Of a DNA stretch of 42,916 bases, positions 25,369-33,622 are shown one piece after another; position 1 is the stretch's first letter; each line of letters opens with the position of its first letter. Under the pieces are notes generated by a model. The model did no database searches. It was not told where the DNA came from and saw only the letters and a program-made list of their open reading frames with translations. Position numbers and translations under genes: made by a program. This DNA is from Deltaproteobacteria bacterium. GTDB taxonomy: Bacteria; Desulfobacterota; Binatia; Binatales; Binataceae. Where the stretch lies: assembly GCA_021786815.1 (NCBI GenBank), contig JAJYMR010000234.1, positions 1-42,916 of the forward strand, in the 5' to 3' direction.

Positions 25369-26613
25369 TCAGACGCCGAACACGTGCACCGACATCGCGG
25401 CTGCTTCGCCACGCACCATTCCGCCGCCGTTCTCGGTAAGACCGATTTTGGCGTTCTTGACCTGGCGCTTGTCGGCCTCGCCGCGCAACTGCCAGAAGAC
25501 CTCGCAGATCTGCGCAACGCCGGTGGCGCCCACCGGATGACCCTTCGCGAGCAGTCCGCCCGAGGGATTGACCGCGACCCGGCCGTTGATCTCGGTCGCG
25601 CCCTCGTCAACCAGCTTGCCGCCCTCGCCGGGCTTGCAGATGCCGAGTTCCTCGTAAGTGATCAATTCCGCGGGAGCCGACGCGTCGTGCAGCTCGATCA
25701 CGTTCACGTCCTGCGGACCAACGCCGGCGATGCTGTAGGCCTTGTTGGCAACGCGCGTCACCACGTCGGGCTCGTCGGGACCGTGGTCGGTACCCGAGGA
25801 CAGAATCGACGCGAGCACTTTGACCGGCTTCGCGGTGAAGCGATTCGCTATCGAGGATGCGCAGAGAATCGTCGCCGCCGCGCCGTCGCCGATCGGCGAG
25901 CACATCAGGCGCGTCAGCGGTTCGGCCACGACCGGGGAATTGAGCACGTCTTCGAGCGTGCAGACATCCTGGTACTGTGCGTAGGGATTGAGGCTGCCGT
26001 TGCGATGATTCTTAACCGCGATACGCGCGAAATGCTCCTTGGTGGTGCCGTACTTCTGCATGTGAGCGCGCGCGGAGGCCGCATAGAAGTCCATGAACAT
26101 CGAGCGCGATTCACCCGCGCCGCCGCTCGGAGCCTCGCCGCGCGCGGCACGCTCGGCGCGCAGTTTCTCCTGGTCGGCGTTCATCTTGGCGACCAGTTCC
26201 CTCATCAACTCGACGTCCACCGCCGAGCCGATCGCCGCAAAGGATTTCTTCTTGTCGGCGTGGTAGAGCTTTTCCATTCCGAGCGCGAGCACCACGTCGT
26301 ACATTCCCGAGGCGACGTACAGCCATGCAAGGTGAAACGCAGTCGCCGAGCTGGCGCACGCGTTCTCGCAGTTGACGATCGGGATGCCGCCGATTCCCAT
26401 CTCACGCAGCACGACCTGTCCGCGGACGCATTCCTGGCCGGTAATCAGTCCCGCCATCGCGTTGCCGACTGCGGCGGCTTCGATCTGCTTGGCCTCTATT
26501 CCCGCGCTCTTCAGAGCGTTGTTGACAGCATCGCGACCGAGAACCTTCATACTCGTGTCAAGATACTTCCCGAATCTGACCATTCCGGCGCCGATTACCG
26601 ACACTTCCCGCAT
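25369..26613 (-). CDS. Thiolase-superfamily protein (SCP2-thiolase / lipid-transfer-protein type)
   Basis: MREVSVIGAGMVRFGK start, nucleophile Cys in VNCENACASSATAF, and NPSGGLLAKGHPVGATG. The C-terminal ENGGGM (not CxGGG) is typical of the SCP2-thiolase-like branch. AAGGAGG SD upstream. Confidence 0.9.
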   Translation of the reverse strand: MREVSVIGAGMVRFGKYLDTSMKVLGRDAVNNALKSAGIEAKQIEAAAVGNAMAGLITGQECVRGQVVLREMGIGGIPIVNCENACASSATAFHLAWLYVASGMYDVVLALGMEKLYHADKKKSFAAIGSAVDVELMRELVAKMNADQEKLRAERAARGEAPSGGAGESRSMFMDFYAASARAHMQKYGTTKEHFARIAVKNHRNGSLNPYAQYQDVCTLEDVLNSPVVAEPLTRLMCSPIGDGAAATILCASSIANRFTAKPVKVLASILSSGTDHGPDEPDVVTRVANKAYSIAGVGPQDVNVIELHDASAPAELITYEELGICKPGEGGKLVDEGATEINGRVAVNPSGGLLAKGHPVGATGVAQICEVFWQLRGEADKRQVKNAKIGLTENGGGMVRGEAAAMSVHVFGV

Positions 26614-26665
26614 GGCGAATGCCTCCTTAAAACCGTTTCCTAGCTGCGTGAGCCTTCAAATGACG

Positions 26666-26880
26666 ATAGCCCACCCCGGTCCGCAGACGCAAGGTCGGTA
26701 ACCGTTCATGGCGTGCCCTTGTCGGGGCGTCTCCGGAGACGCCGGCGAACTGTTGCCACCTACGGCGTCAGACGCCTGCCGACTGACTCTTATTGGCACA
26801 GTACGCGGCGTTATCACGACGTAAAGTCGTTCGCGCCTGATACCGACCGGCAACGGCACGGAACGTGGATATTTGACAGG
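26666..26880 (+). repeat. Non-coding repeated element, copy A (conserved blocks shared with 33252..33427)
   Basis: ATAGCCC at 26666. Block 1 at 26751..26776 is TGTTGCCACCTACGGCGTCAGACGCC. Block 2 at 26855..26879 is GGCACGGAACGTGGATATTTGACAG. Copy B has the same blocks in the same order and orientation with 99 vs 101 nt spacing. Confidence 0.6.
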
Positions 26881-26989
26881 CGCCGGATGGTTGGTTGACG
26901 GCCCTGGGGCGTCAGAACATCGGTTTGGGTATGCGGATCACGTCTTCTCACTCGGGTTTGCGCAGGCCAAAAGAAATGGAGTTGAAGGT

Positions 26990-27538
26990 ATGCGAGTAGC
27001 GGAAATCATGAACCGCGAAGTCAAAACCTGCAGCGTCAACGAGATGGCCGGTGCGGCGGCCAAAATAATGTGGGAGAACGATTGCGGATGCGTTCCTGTC
27101 GTCAACCGGGAAGGAAAACTGGCCGGCATCATCACCGACCGCGACATCTGCATGGCGGCTTACACGCAGGGTCTTGCTCTTTCGCTGATCCGGGTGGACA
27201 GCGCGATGGCTCAGCCGGTTATTTCCTGCGCTGCCGAAGACGATGTTGCGACCGCCGAAGAGTTGATGCGCCAGAACCAAGTGCATCGGCTTCCAGTCGT
27301 CAACGCTGATGGAAAACCGGTCGGAATTTTGTCGCTCAGCGACATCATAAGAGAGGCCGAGGCCGAAAAAGCCAAAACGGAGAAGCCCGAAATCGCCGCC
27401 GAGGCTATCGTGGACACGCTCGGCGCGATCTCGGCGCCGCGACCTCATGCCGGTGCAAAGGTCGTCTTTGGGCCTGACGAGGGTGAGATGGAATTTGTTC
27501 CTGGTCCGCCGAAAAAACGCGGACGCTGGCGCCGATAA
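26990..27538 (+). CDS. CBS-domain pair protein
   Basis: MRVAEIMNREVKTC...CVPVVNREGKLAGIITDRDI and HRLPVVNADGKPVGILSLSDI form two CBS motifs. I trimmed the start to ATG 26990, which has GGAGTTGAAGG upstream. The track's N-terminal extension has no coding character. Confidence 0.85.
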   Translation: MRVAEIMNREVKTCSVNEMAGAAAKIMWENDCGCVPVVNREGKLAGIITDRDICMAAYTQGLALSLIRVDSAMAQPVISCAAEDDVATAEELMRQNQVHRLPVVNADGKPVGILSLSDIIREAEAEKAKTEKPEIAAEAIVDTLGAISAPRPHAGAKVVFGPDEGEMEFVPGPPKKRGRWRR

Positions 27539-27587
27539 AGACCCGTCCCACCACCGGGCGGCCGTCGCGGCGTGGATGCACGCGCTG

Positions 27588-28922
27588 TCAGCGCGCTCGT
27601 TCGGGCTGATACGACACGCGCCAGAGCGAATTCGAGGCGTCGTCCGTGATAAGCAGCGAACCGTCTCTCGCTACCGCGACGCCAACCGGACGGCCCCATA
27701 CCTTGCCGTCGGGCGTGATGAATCCGGTGACGAAATCGTAGTATTCGCCGCCCGCGGCACCATCGCGCATCGGGACGCTTATTACCTTGTACCCTGTACG
27801 GCGCGAGCGATTCCATGAACCATGCAGTGTAACGAAGGCGCAGCCGCGGTATTCCTTTGGAAAGGCGCTCGCGCCGTAAAAGGTCACCCCGAGCGGCGCC
27901 GAATGCGACGCGATCAGCACGTCGGGCACTATCGCCTTGCTCATTAATCCCTGATGGCCGCGGGGATGGCGCGGGTCGCGATGCGCACCGAGATAAAACC
28001 AGGGCCATCCGTAGAAGCCGTCTTGGGTCACGTGGGTCACGTAGTCCGGTACGAGGTTATCTCCGAGCCCGTCGCGCTCGTTCACGGCGCACCATAATTG
28101 TCCCGTGGCCGGGTCGATCGCGAGACCTGCGGGATTGCGGATGCCGCTCGCGTAAACCCGCAGTCCCGTGCCGTCCGCGCTGCATGTCAGGATGTCGGCG
28201 CGCAATTTCTCGCTCACGCGAGGATTCTCCTGCACGTTGGAAGCCGAACCGACCGCGATGAACATCCTGCCGCCGTCCGCGGAGAAGACAATGTCGCGCG
28301 TCCAGTGCGCTCCGTAGCCCGGAATTTCCGAAACGACGCGCTCGGCCGGCCCTCGCGCTTTCAGGTCGCCGTTGCGATATGGAAATCGCACGACGGAATC
28401 GGTATTCGCGACGTAAACGTAGCGCGGCTCAGGACCTGGTGGATAAAAGGCAATTCCGAACGGCAGCGTCAGCCCCGAAGCGAACAGCGTGTTCTCGCTC
28501 ACATGCGAGCCGTCTCTGCCGAAGCGCAGCACGCGAATCCGTCCGGCAGTGCTTTCGGCGACAAACACGTCGCCGTCAGGCGCGATCCGGATCTGACGCG
28601 GACTTTGCAACCCGGAGACGAGCAAATCAACCCGAAAGTGCGGCGGCGCCTTCGGCCAGGCGTCGTGCGGCCGGGCGATAATCTCCGCCGGATTGACGGC
28701 CGAAGCAGTCGCATAAGGAGGCGGCAGGTCGCCCAGGGTCACGCGATGGCGCACGCCGGGAGCGTCAGCTTTCCAATCTGAAAATGCACCGTGGACGCCG
28801 TCCGCCGCTGGCGCCGCGTGGGTCACGCAGGGATGCGCGACAAGCGCCAGAGCCGCACCAACCAGAGCCGCGAGCATCGTGCGCGCCAGACGGACGGCAT
28901 GGATACGTTCCCTGGACTTCAT
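27588..28922 (-). CDS. PQQ-dependent sugar (glucose/sorbosone) dehydrogenase-like beta-propeller, secreted
   Basis: Signal peptide (LAALVGAALALVAHP), then GLQSPRQIRIAPDGDVFVAES, GHWTRDIVF, DGLGDNLVPDY, GFYGWPW and PVGVAVARDGSLLITDD, as in soluble aldose/sorbosone dehydrogenases. Confidence 0.83.
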   Translation of the reverse strand: MKSRERIHAVRLARTMLAALVGAALALVAHPCVTHAAPAADGVHGAFSDWKADAPGVRHRVTLGDLPPPYATASAVNPAEIIARPHDAWPKAPPHFRVDLLVSGLQSPRQIRIAPDGDVFVAESTAGRIRVLRFGRDGSHVSENTLFASGLTLPFGIAFYPPGPEPRYVYVANTDSVVRFPYRNGDLKARGPAERVVSEIPGYGAHWTRDIVFSADGGRMFIAVGSASNVQENPRVSEKLRADILTCSADGTGLRVYASGIRNPAGLAIDPATGQLWCAVNERDGLGDNLVPDYVTHVTQDGFYGWPWFYLGAHRDPRHPRGHQGLMSKAIVPDVLIASHSAPLGVTFYGASAFPKEYRGCAFVTLHGSWNRSRRTGYKVISVPMRDGAAGGEYYDFVTGFITPDGKVWGRPVGVAVARDGSLLITDDASNSLWRVSYQPERAR

Positions 28923-29074
28923 CGCGATTGCATTAACGAGGGCGAAAAGCGACGATTCGATCGGCGCTCGGTGTGCCTGGGCGCGAGCATCGTCGATAAT
29001 TCATAGCTGCCAGCTCCACCCGGATCACGCGCCCGACCTGGCTCCCGCCGCAACTGGCTCTTAAGGAGGCTCCT

Positions 29075-29569
29075 ATGCCGCCCCTTATCAAGTTGCAAGA
29101 GTACCTTGACGCGAATCACGTCGAATACGAGGTCCTTACTCATCCCGAGGTGTACACGTCGCAGGAGCTTGCCGCGATCGAGCATATCCGGGGCAAGGAA
29201 CTCGCCAAGGTTGTGATACTGCGCAGCGGCTCGGAGTTCCTGATGATTGTCTTGCCGGCTCCGTACCACGTGGACCTCGAAAAGGTGCGCAACGCAACCG
29301 GAAGAAGCGACCTGTCGCTGGCAACCGAGCAAGACTTCGTCAGCCTGTTTCCCAACTGCGAGGCGGGCGCGATGCCGCCTTTCGGAAACCTGTATGACAT
29401 TGCTGTGTGGGTGGACGAGTCGCTCAGCCGCGACGAGGATATTGTCTTCAACGCCTGTACTCATTCGAAGGCGATCAAGATGAAATACGGGGACTTTGCG
29501 CGGCTGGTCCGCCCCAACGTGGCTCTGCTGCGGATGGAAGCGCCGGCCGCACAGAGCGCGCGTATCTAG
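29075..29569 (+). CDS. YbaK/aminoacyl-tRNA-synthetase-associated (deacylase-like) domain protein
   Basis: Motifs HVEYEVLTHPEVYTSQELAA..GKELAKVVIL, GAMPPFGNLY and VFNACTHSKAIKM. AAGGAGG SD upstream. Confidence 0.82.
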   Translation: MPPLIKLQEYLDANHVEYEVLTHPEVYTSQELAAIEHIRGKELAKVVILRSGSEFLMIVLPAPYHVDLEKVRNATGRSDLSLATEQDFVSLFPNCEAGAMPPFGNLYDIAVWVDESLSRDEDIVFNACTHSKAIKMKYGDFARLVRPNVALLRMEAPAAQSARI

Positions 29570-29588
29570 GCCGTCTCGGGCTTGCGCG

Positions 29589-30326
29589 TCAGACAATGTC
29601 GATTGCGCTTCCGCTCGGCGCGCGCTTCGAGCCGACAGCGAGCGCGACGATCGCTTCGGCTACCGCTTCCGGCTTCAACGCGCGATGCCGTACACTCGCG
29701 CTCAAGCCGGTCTTTCGCGCCATCGCGGTATCCACCATGTTCGGGCAAACCGCCCACACCTTGATGCCTTTGCCGGCGACCTCGTCGGCGAGCGCCTCAG
29801 TCAGTCCCACGACACCGAACTTGCTCGCGCAGTAGGTTACGTAGTCGCCCGCTCCGGACTTCCCGAGAAGCGAGGATACGCTGACGATCACTCCCGAGCC
29901 TCGCCGGATCATCGCGGGCAGGACCGCGCGCGCCATGAGAATCGCGCCGCGCAGGTTTACGTCGAGGATCCGATTCACCTCCCCAACCGGCAGGGAAACC
30001 AGCGGTCCGACGCTGAGCACTCCCGCGTTATTCACCAGGCAATCGATACGTCCGAATCTGCGCATCGCGGCCTGAACGCATCGTGTGGCCGAGTCCGGCT
30101 CGGAAACGTCGGTCTGAACGAAAATCGCGTCGTAGCCCGCTTTTTTGAGCGCCCGCTCGGCCGTGCGCCCGAGACCGGGCATCAGCTCGGCCAGCACGAG
30201 CGCATAGCCCTTCGCGCCAAGGGCTTCGGCGGTCGCGCGTCCGATTCCGCGGCCTGCGCCAGTGACGATCGCGACCGGCCGTTCGCGCGCGCTCCTTGTC
30301 CGCGATGAAGGAATGCGCCGGTCCAT
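29589..30326 (-). CDS. Short-chain dehydrogenase/reductase (SDR)
   Basis: VAIVTGAGRGIGRATA is the TGxxxGxG motif, with NNAG and the Tyr-xxx-Lys in YCASKFGV. GAGGTGAG SD upstream. Confidence 0.9.
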   Translation of the reverse strand: MDRRIPSSRTRSARERPVAIVTGAGRGIGRATAEALGAKGYALVLAELMPGLGRTAERALKKAGYDAIFVQTDVSEPDSATRCVQAAMRRFGRIDCLVNNAGVLSVGPLVSLPVGEVNRILDVNLRGAILMARAVLPAMIRRGSGVIVSVSSLLGKSGAGDYVTYCASKFGVVGLTEALADEVAGKGIKVWAVCPNMVDTAMARKTGLSASVRHRALKPEAVAEAIVALAVGSKRAPSGSAIDIV

Positions 30327-30398
30327 GTTTGCTCACCTCGGTTATCAGGCGTTTCGATGTTGTATCCTGAGTGGGCGCGTGATGACAGCCGGGAGGGC

Positions 30399-31439
30399 AT
30401 GAGGTTGCGCCAGGCGAGCGTGGTCGAAATCGACGGTTCCTTCGGCGAGGGTGGTGGCCAAATCGTGAGGACCGCTTCCAGTCTTGCCGTGGTCACCGCA
30501 ACGCCGTGCAGGATTTTCAATATTCGCCAGGGCCGCAGGGAGCCGGGCCTTCGCCTGCAGCATCTCCACGGCCTTCGCGCGCTTGCCGAACTATGCGGCG
30601 GCGTTTTCAGCGGCGATGAGGTCGGCTCGCGCGAACTCGCGTTTAGTCCGGGCCACGCGGGCGTGCGCGAGCTCAGAGTCGCGATTCCAACCGCTGGAAG
30701 CATCACGCTCGTGCTGCAGAGCCTGATACCGGCCGCGCTTCGGTTTACGGAACCGGTGACGGTTCGTTTCGAAGGCGGCGGCACGGACACGGCCATGTCG
30801 CCGACGCTCGACTACCTGCGCCATGTCCTGCTCTGGTTTGTGAGCCGGATGGGTATCGCGCCGCAAATCGAGGTTGCTCGCCGCGGATACTATCCCAGGG
30901 GTGGAGCGGAAATACTCGTCAGGATAATCCCGTCGCGGCTGGGCACGATAAACGCGGTCGAGCGCGGGGCGCTGAGACGCGTCTCAATAGTGTCGAGCGC
31001 CGCGGCGGTGCTCAGGGCAAGACGCGTCGCGGAGCGGCAAATCGAAGGAGCGACGGAGGCGCTCGGCGCACTTCCGCTCGCACCCGATAGCGCGATCGAT
31101 TACTCTCCGAGTCGTTCCGCGGGCAGCGCGGTATGCGTTGTGGCCGAGTTCGAAAACACGGTCGTCGGTGCCGACGGACTCGGAGCGCGAGGCAAGCGCG
31201 CCGAAGAAGTTGGCCGCGAGGCCGCACAGGCTTTCCTGCGCGAGTTCGAATCAACAGCGTGCCTCGATCGGCATATGGCCGATCAGATCCTTCCCTACAT
31301 GGCGCTCGCCGACGGCGAGAGTGCCGTCACGGTTTCGGAAATAACCGCCCACTGCCGCACCAACATGTGGGTGATCGAGCGGTTCATGCCGGGACGCTTC
31401 GAGGTCAATGGTAATCTCATCCGATGGCGAGCCGCATAG
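30399..31439 (+). CDS. rtcA: RNA 3'-terminal phosphate cyclase
   Basis: VEIDGSFGEGGGQIVRTASSLAVVT, RREPGLRLQHL, and the HMADQILPYMAL motif containing the catalytic His. I trimmed the start to ATG 30399, which has GGGAGGG immediately upstream. Confidence 0.87.
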   Translation: MRLRQASVVEIDGSFGEGGGQIVRTASSLAVVTATPCRIFNIRQGRREPGLRLQHLHGLRALAELCGGVFSGDEVGSRELAFSPGHAGVRELRVAIPTAGSITLVLQSLIPAALRFTEPVTVRFEGGGTDTAMSPTLDYLRHVLLWFVSRMGIAPQIEVARRGYYPRGGAEILVRIIPSRLGTINAVERGALRRVSIVSSAAAVLRARRVAERQIEGATEALGALPLAPDSAIDYSPSRSAGSAVCVVAEFENTVVGADGLGARGKRAEEVGREAAQAFLREFESTACLDRHMADQILPYMALADGESAVTVSEITAHCRTNMWVIERFMPGRFEVNGNLIRWRAA

Positions 31440-31548
31440 TCGGGGTTGCGCGCGAGAAGTAAGTGCGAGAGTCACGCGCTTCGCGCGCGAGGACGAGTGT
31501 TGCGAGCGCGCGGCGACTCGTGCCGCTCGCGGCGGCCACGTCTTCTTC

Positions 31549-33243
31549 TCAGCGCAAGGCCGTGGCGACCAGTGCGGCCTCGAAGTCCGCGAAATCGGCG
31601 CCGCGATTGCCCTCGCGGGTCCATCGTTCCTTGAGCAGCGCGAGAGCGCGGCGCCTATCAACGAGATGTTCCGGGAGCAGTTTTCGTTCCTTCGCCGCCA
31701 GCATCGCGAGTTCGGACAGCGGAGGGTCGGCCTTTTCCCACGTCGAGCGCATCTCGCGCAGGAAGATCTCCACCGTCACGTCGCCGATACCTTTTCCGAG
31801 CGCTTTCAGCTTTGCTTCAAGGTCGCGCGGATCGCGCGCGGTCTCGTGCAGACGATTCAGATCGCCGCGATATTGCCCGAGCAGGGCCTTGCCGACCTCG
31901 CCGAGTTTCGATGCGGTTTTGAAGTCGTAGCGAACGTATCCGCCCTCGTCCAAAACCGCGACCAGCCCGTCCCATCCGCAAGCAACGACGCGCTTTGCCG
32001 TCGTCAGCCGCTGCTTTTCGAACTCTCGGTAAGTGCGGACCGCGAGAGCTTCCGAGATCCGCGCGCCGAACAGGATCGCGGCGAGGAACCATTTGAAGAG
32101 TTCCTGCGCATCGCGCGAGGCGACATCAATCCCAAGCTCGCGGCTGAAGGTGCCGCCCGTGGTTCTGACGAAATCGGCGAGTCCTCCGCGCTTGCGTTCC
32201 GCAGTCATTTTCTTTTGCCTCCGCAAGTCGCCGACCCGCACACCCAGCAGGCGCACCGGCTTGACGAGTTCGATTCGATTCAGACAGTCGAACGCGGCTC
32301 TCGTGATGAGGTCGAGCGATTTGGTCGGCTCCCGGAGAGTCTCGTCCCGAGTGAGGGTCTGGAAGTCGCTGAAACGCAGCTTTACGGTGACTTTCTTCGC
32401 GAGGCATCCTTCACCGCGCAGATCCTCGGCCGCTCGGCGCGCGAGCCGGACGAGCGCCCCGGCAAGAATCGCGCGGTCGGTGACGTCACGCTGAAAAGTT
32501 GTTTCCCGGCCGCACGATTTCGCCTCCCAGTGCGTGATTAGCGGGCTTTCGTCTATTCCATAAGCGGCCTCGTGCAGGTAGTGCCCGTGCGCGGGACCGA
32601 ACTCGGCGATGATCTCTTCGGGCGCAAGCGCCGCGATGGCCCCGATTGTCTCGACGCCCATCTGCCGAAGCCTTTGCTCGGTGCGCGGCCCGACGCCGGG
32701 GAGTCTTCCAGCGGGAAGCGGCCAGATGCGCGCGGGGATGTCGGATTCGTCGATGATGACGAGCCCGTCGGGTTTGTTCATATCGGAGGCGATTTTTGCA
32801 AGCAGTTTGTTCGGCGCGATGCCGACAGAACATGTGAGCCCGATTTGCGCGCGGATACGGTCCTTGATTTCGCGCCCGAACATCTCCGGCGGTTTGTCCA
32901 CATGAGAAATGTCGAGGAACCATTCGTCGATGCCCGCGTCCTCGATAACGGGCGAGAACTCGCGCAGAACCGCCTTGATCCTCTCCGAGACTTTTTCGTA
33001 CTCGCGATAGTCAACGGCAAGAAACACGGCCTCGGGGCAAAGCCGGCGGGCGGTTCTAAGCGGCATGCCCGAATGAATTCTGAATTTCCTCGCTTCGTAC
33101 GAGGCCGTCGATACAACACCGCGCTCGGTCGGATCGCCGCGCCCGCCGATTACGATCGGCTTGCCGGCGAGTTCCGGATGGCGCTGCGCCTCGATCGACG
33201 CAAAGAAGGCGTCCATGTCCAGATGCAGGATTCGTCGCTTCAC
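31549..33243 (-). CDS. dinB: Y-family DNA polymerase IV (DinB) fused to a C-terminal ~215-aa HhH-GPD-like domain
   Basis: The first ~345 aa carry HLDMDAFFASIE, SVGIAPNKLLAKIASD and little-finger segments. The C-terminal region contains LFKWFLAAILFGARISEALAVRTYREF and the helix-hairpin-helix LKALGKGIGDVTVEIFLREM followed by WEKADPP. The start codon is GTG. Confidence 0.88.
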   Translation of the reverse strand: MKRRILHLDMDAFFASIEAQRHPELAGKPIVIGGRGDPTERGVVSTASYEARKFRIHSGMPLRTARRLCPEAVFLAVDYREYEKVSERIKAVLREFSPVIEDAGIDEWFLDISHVDKPPEMFGREIKDRIRAQIGLTCSVGIAPNKLLAKIASDMNKPDGLVIIDESDIPARIWPLPAGRLPGVGPRTEQRLRQMGVETIGAIAALAPEEIIAEFGPAHGHYLHEAAYGIDESPLITHWEAKSCGRETTFQRDVTDRAILAGALVRLARRAAEDLRGEGCLAKKVTVKLRFSDFQTLTRDETLREPTKSLDLITRAAFDCLNRIELVKPVRLLGVRVGDLRRQKKMTAERKRGGLADFVRTTGGTFSRELGIDVASRDAQELFKWFLAAILFGARISEALAVRTYREFEKQRLTTAKRVVACGWDGLVAVLDEGGYVRYDFKTASKLGEVGKALLGQYRGDLNRLHETARDPRDLEAKLKALGKGIGDVTVEIFLREMRSTWEKADPPLSELAMLAAKERKLLPEHLVDRRRALALLKERWTREGNRGADFADFEAALVATALR

Positions 33244-33251
33244 CCATCTTC

Positions 33252-33427
33252 ATAGCCCGCAAACCCCAGGCCATCGCGGACGGCCGAACGGCCGACACGG
33301 TGCTGCCACCTAGCGCATCAGACGCCGAAACGGTGTGTCCAAACGGTACAACATCTGCCGGCCGAGCGAACTGACAAAGCGCGTGCAAGCACGCCGTGCG
33401 CTGGCACGGAATGTGGATTTCGATAGA
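33252..33427 (+). repeat. Non-coding repeated element, copy B
   Basis: ATAGCCC at 33252. Block 1 at 33301..33326 is TGCTGCCACCTAGCGCATCAGACGCC, matching copy A at 21/26 positions. Block 2 at 33403..33426 is GGCACGGAATGTGGATTTCGATAG, about 22/25 matches with one gap. Confidence 0.6.
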
Positions 33428-33622
33428 TGTCGTTCGTCGAACCCGAGGGTCTCGGCTGCTGCTATCGGCTTTGGCGAAGGACGGAGAGCCCTTGTCCGAC
33501 CGTGTTGCACTGCAAGGCCGGTCAAGGGCAGGTCACCGGATAGGCCCGCTGCCGTTTCGCCGACAAGTGCGCGCATCGAGGCCGCTGTTCGGCGCCGGTG
33601 AAACGGCGCGCGGCAGTTGACT

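Noticed and set aside
25366-25380. Third copy of the TCAGACGCCGAA part of repeat block 1.
   Set aside because: It lies inside the end of the thiolase CDS, where TCA is the stop codon on the minus strand. It lacks the TGCCACCTA part and block 2, so it is most likely a chance 12-mer match.
26855-26879. Block 2 of the repeated element (also at 33403..33426) as a canonical sigma54 promoter.
   Set aside because: The -24 TGGCACG-like box is present, but both copies have GG rather than the near-invariant GC at the -13/-12 position. I kept it only as an open possibility in the findings.
26873-26989. N-terminal extensions proposed by the ORF track for the CBS protein (26873), GST (40705), prs (5020), rtcA (30357) and nitroreductase 1 (964).
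   Set aside because: The extensions have non-coding-like composition and use non-ATG or distant starts. Internal ATGs with good Shine-Dalgarno sequences give canonical family N-termini.
33244-33330. LexA/SOS box upstream of the dinB fusion.
   Set aside because: I found no convincing match to the box types I know: CTGT-N8-ACAG, GAAC-N4-GTTC, GTTC-N7-GTTC or RGTAC-N3-DGTWC. The LexA motif of this lineage is unknown to me.
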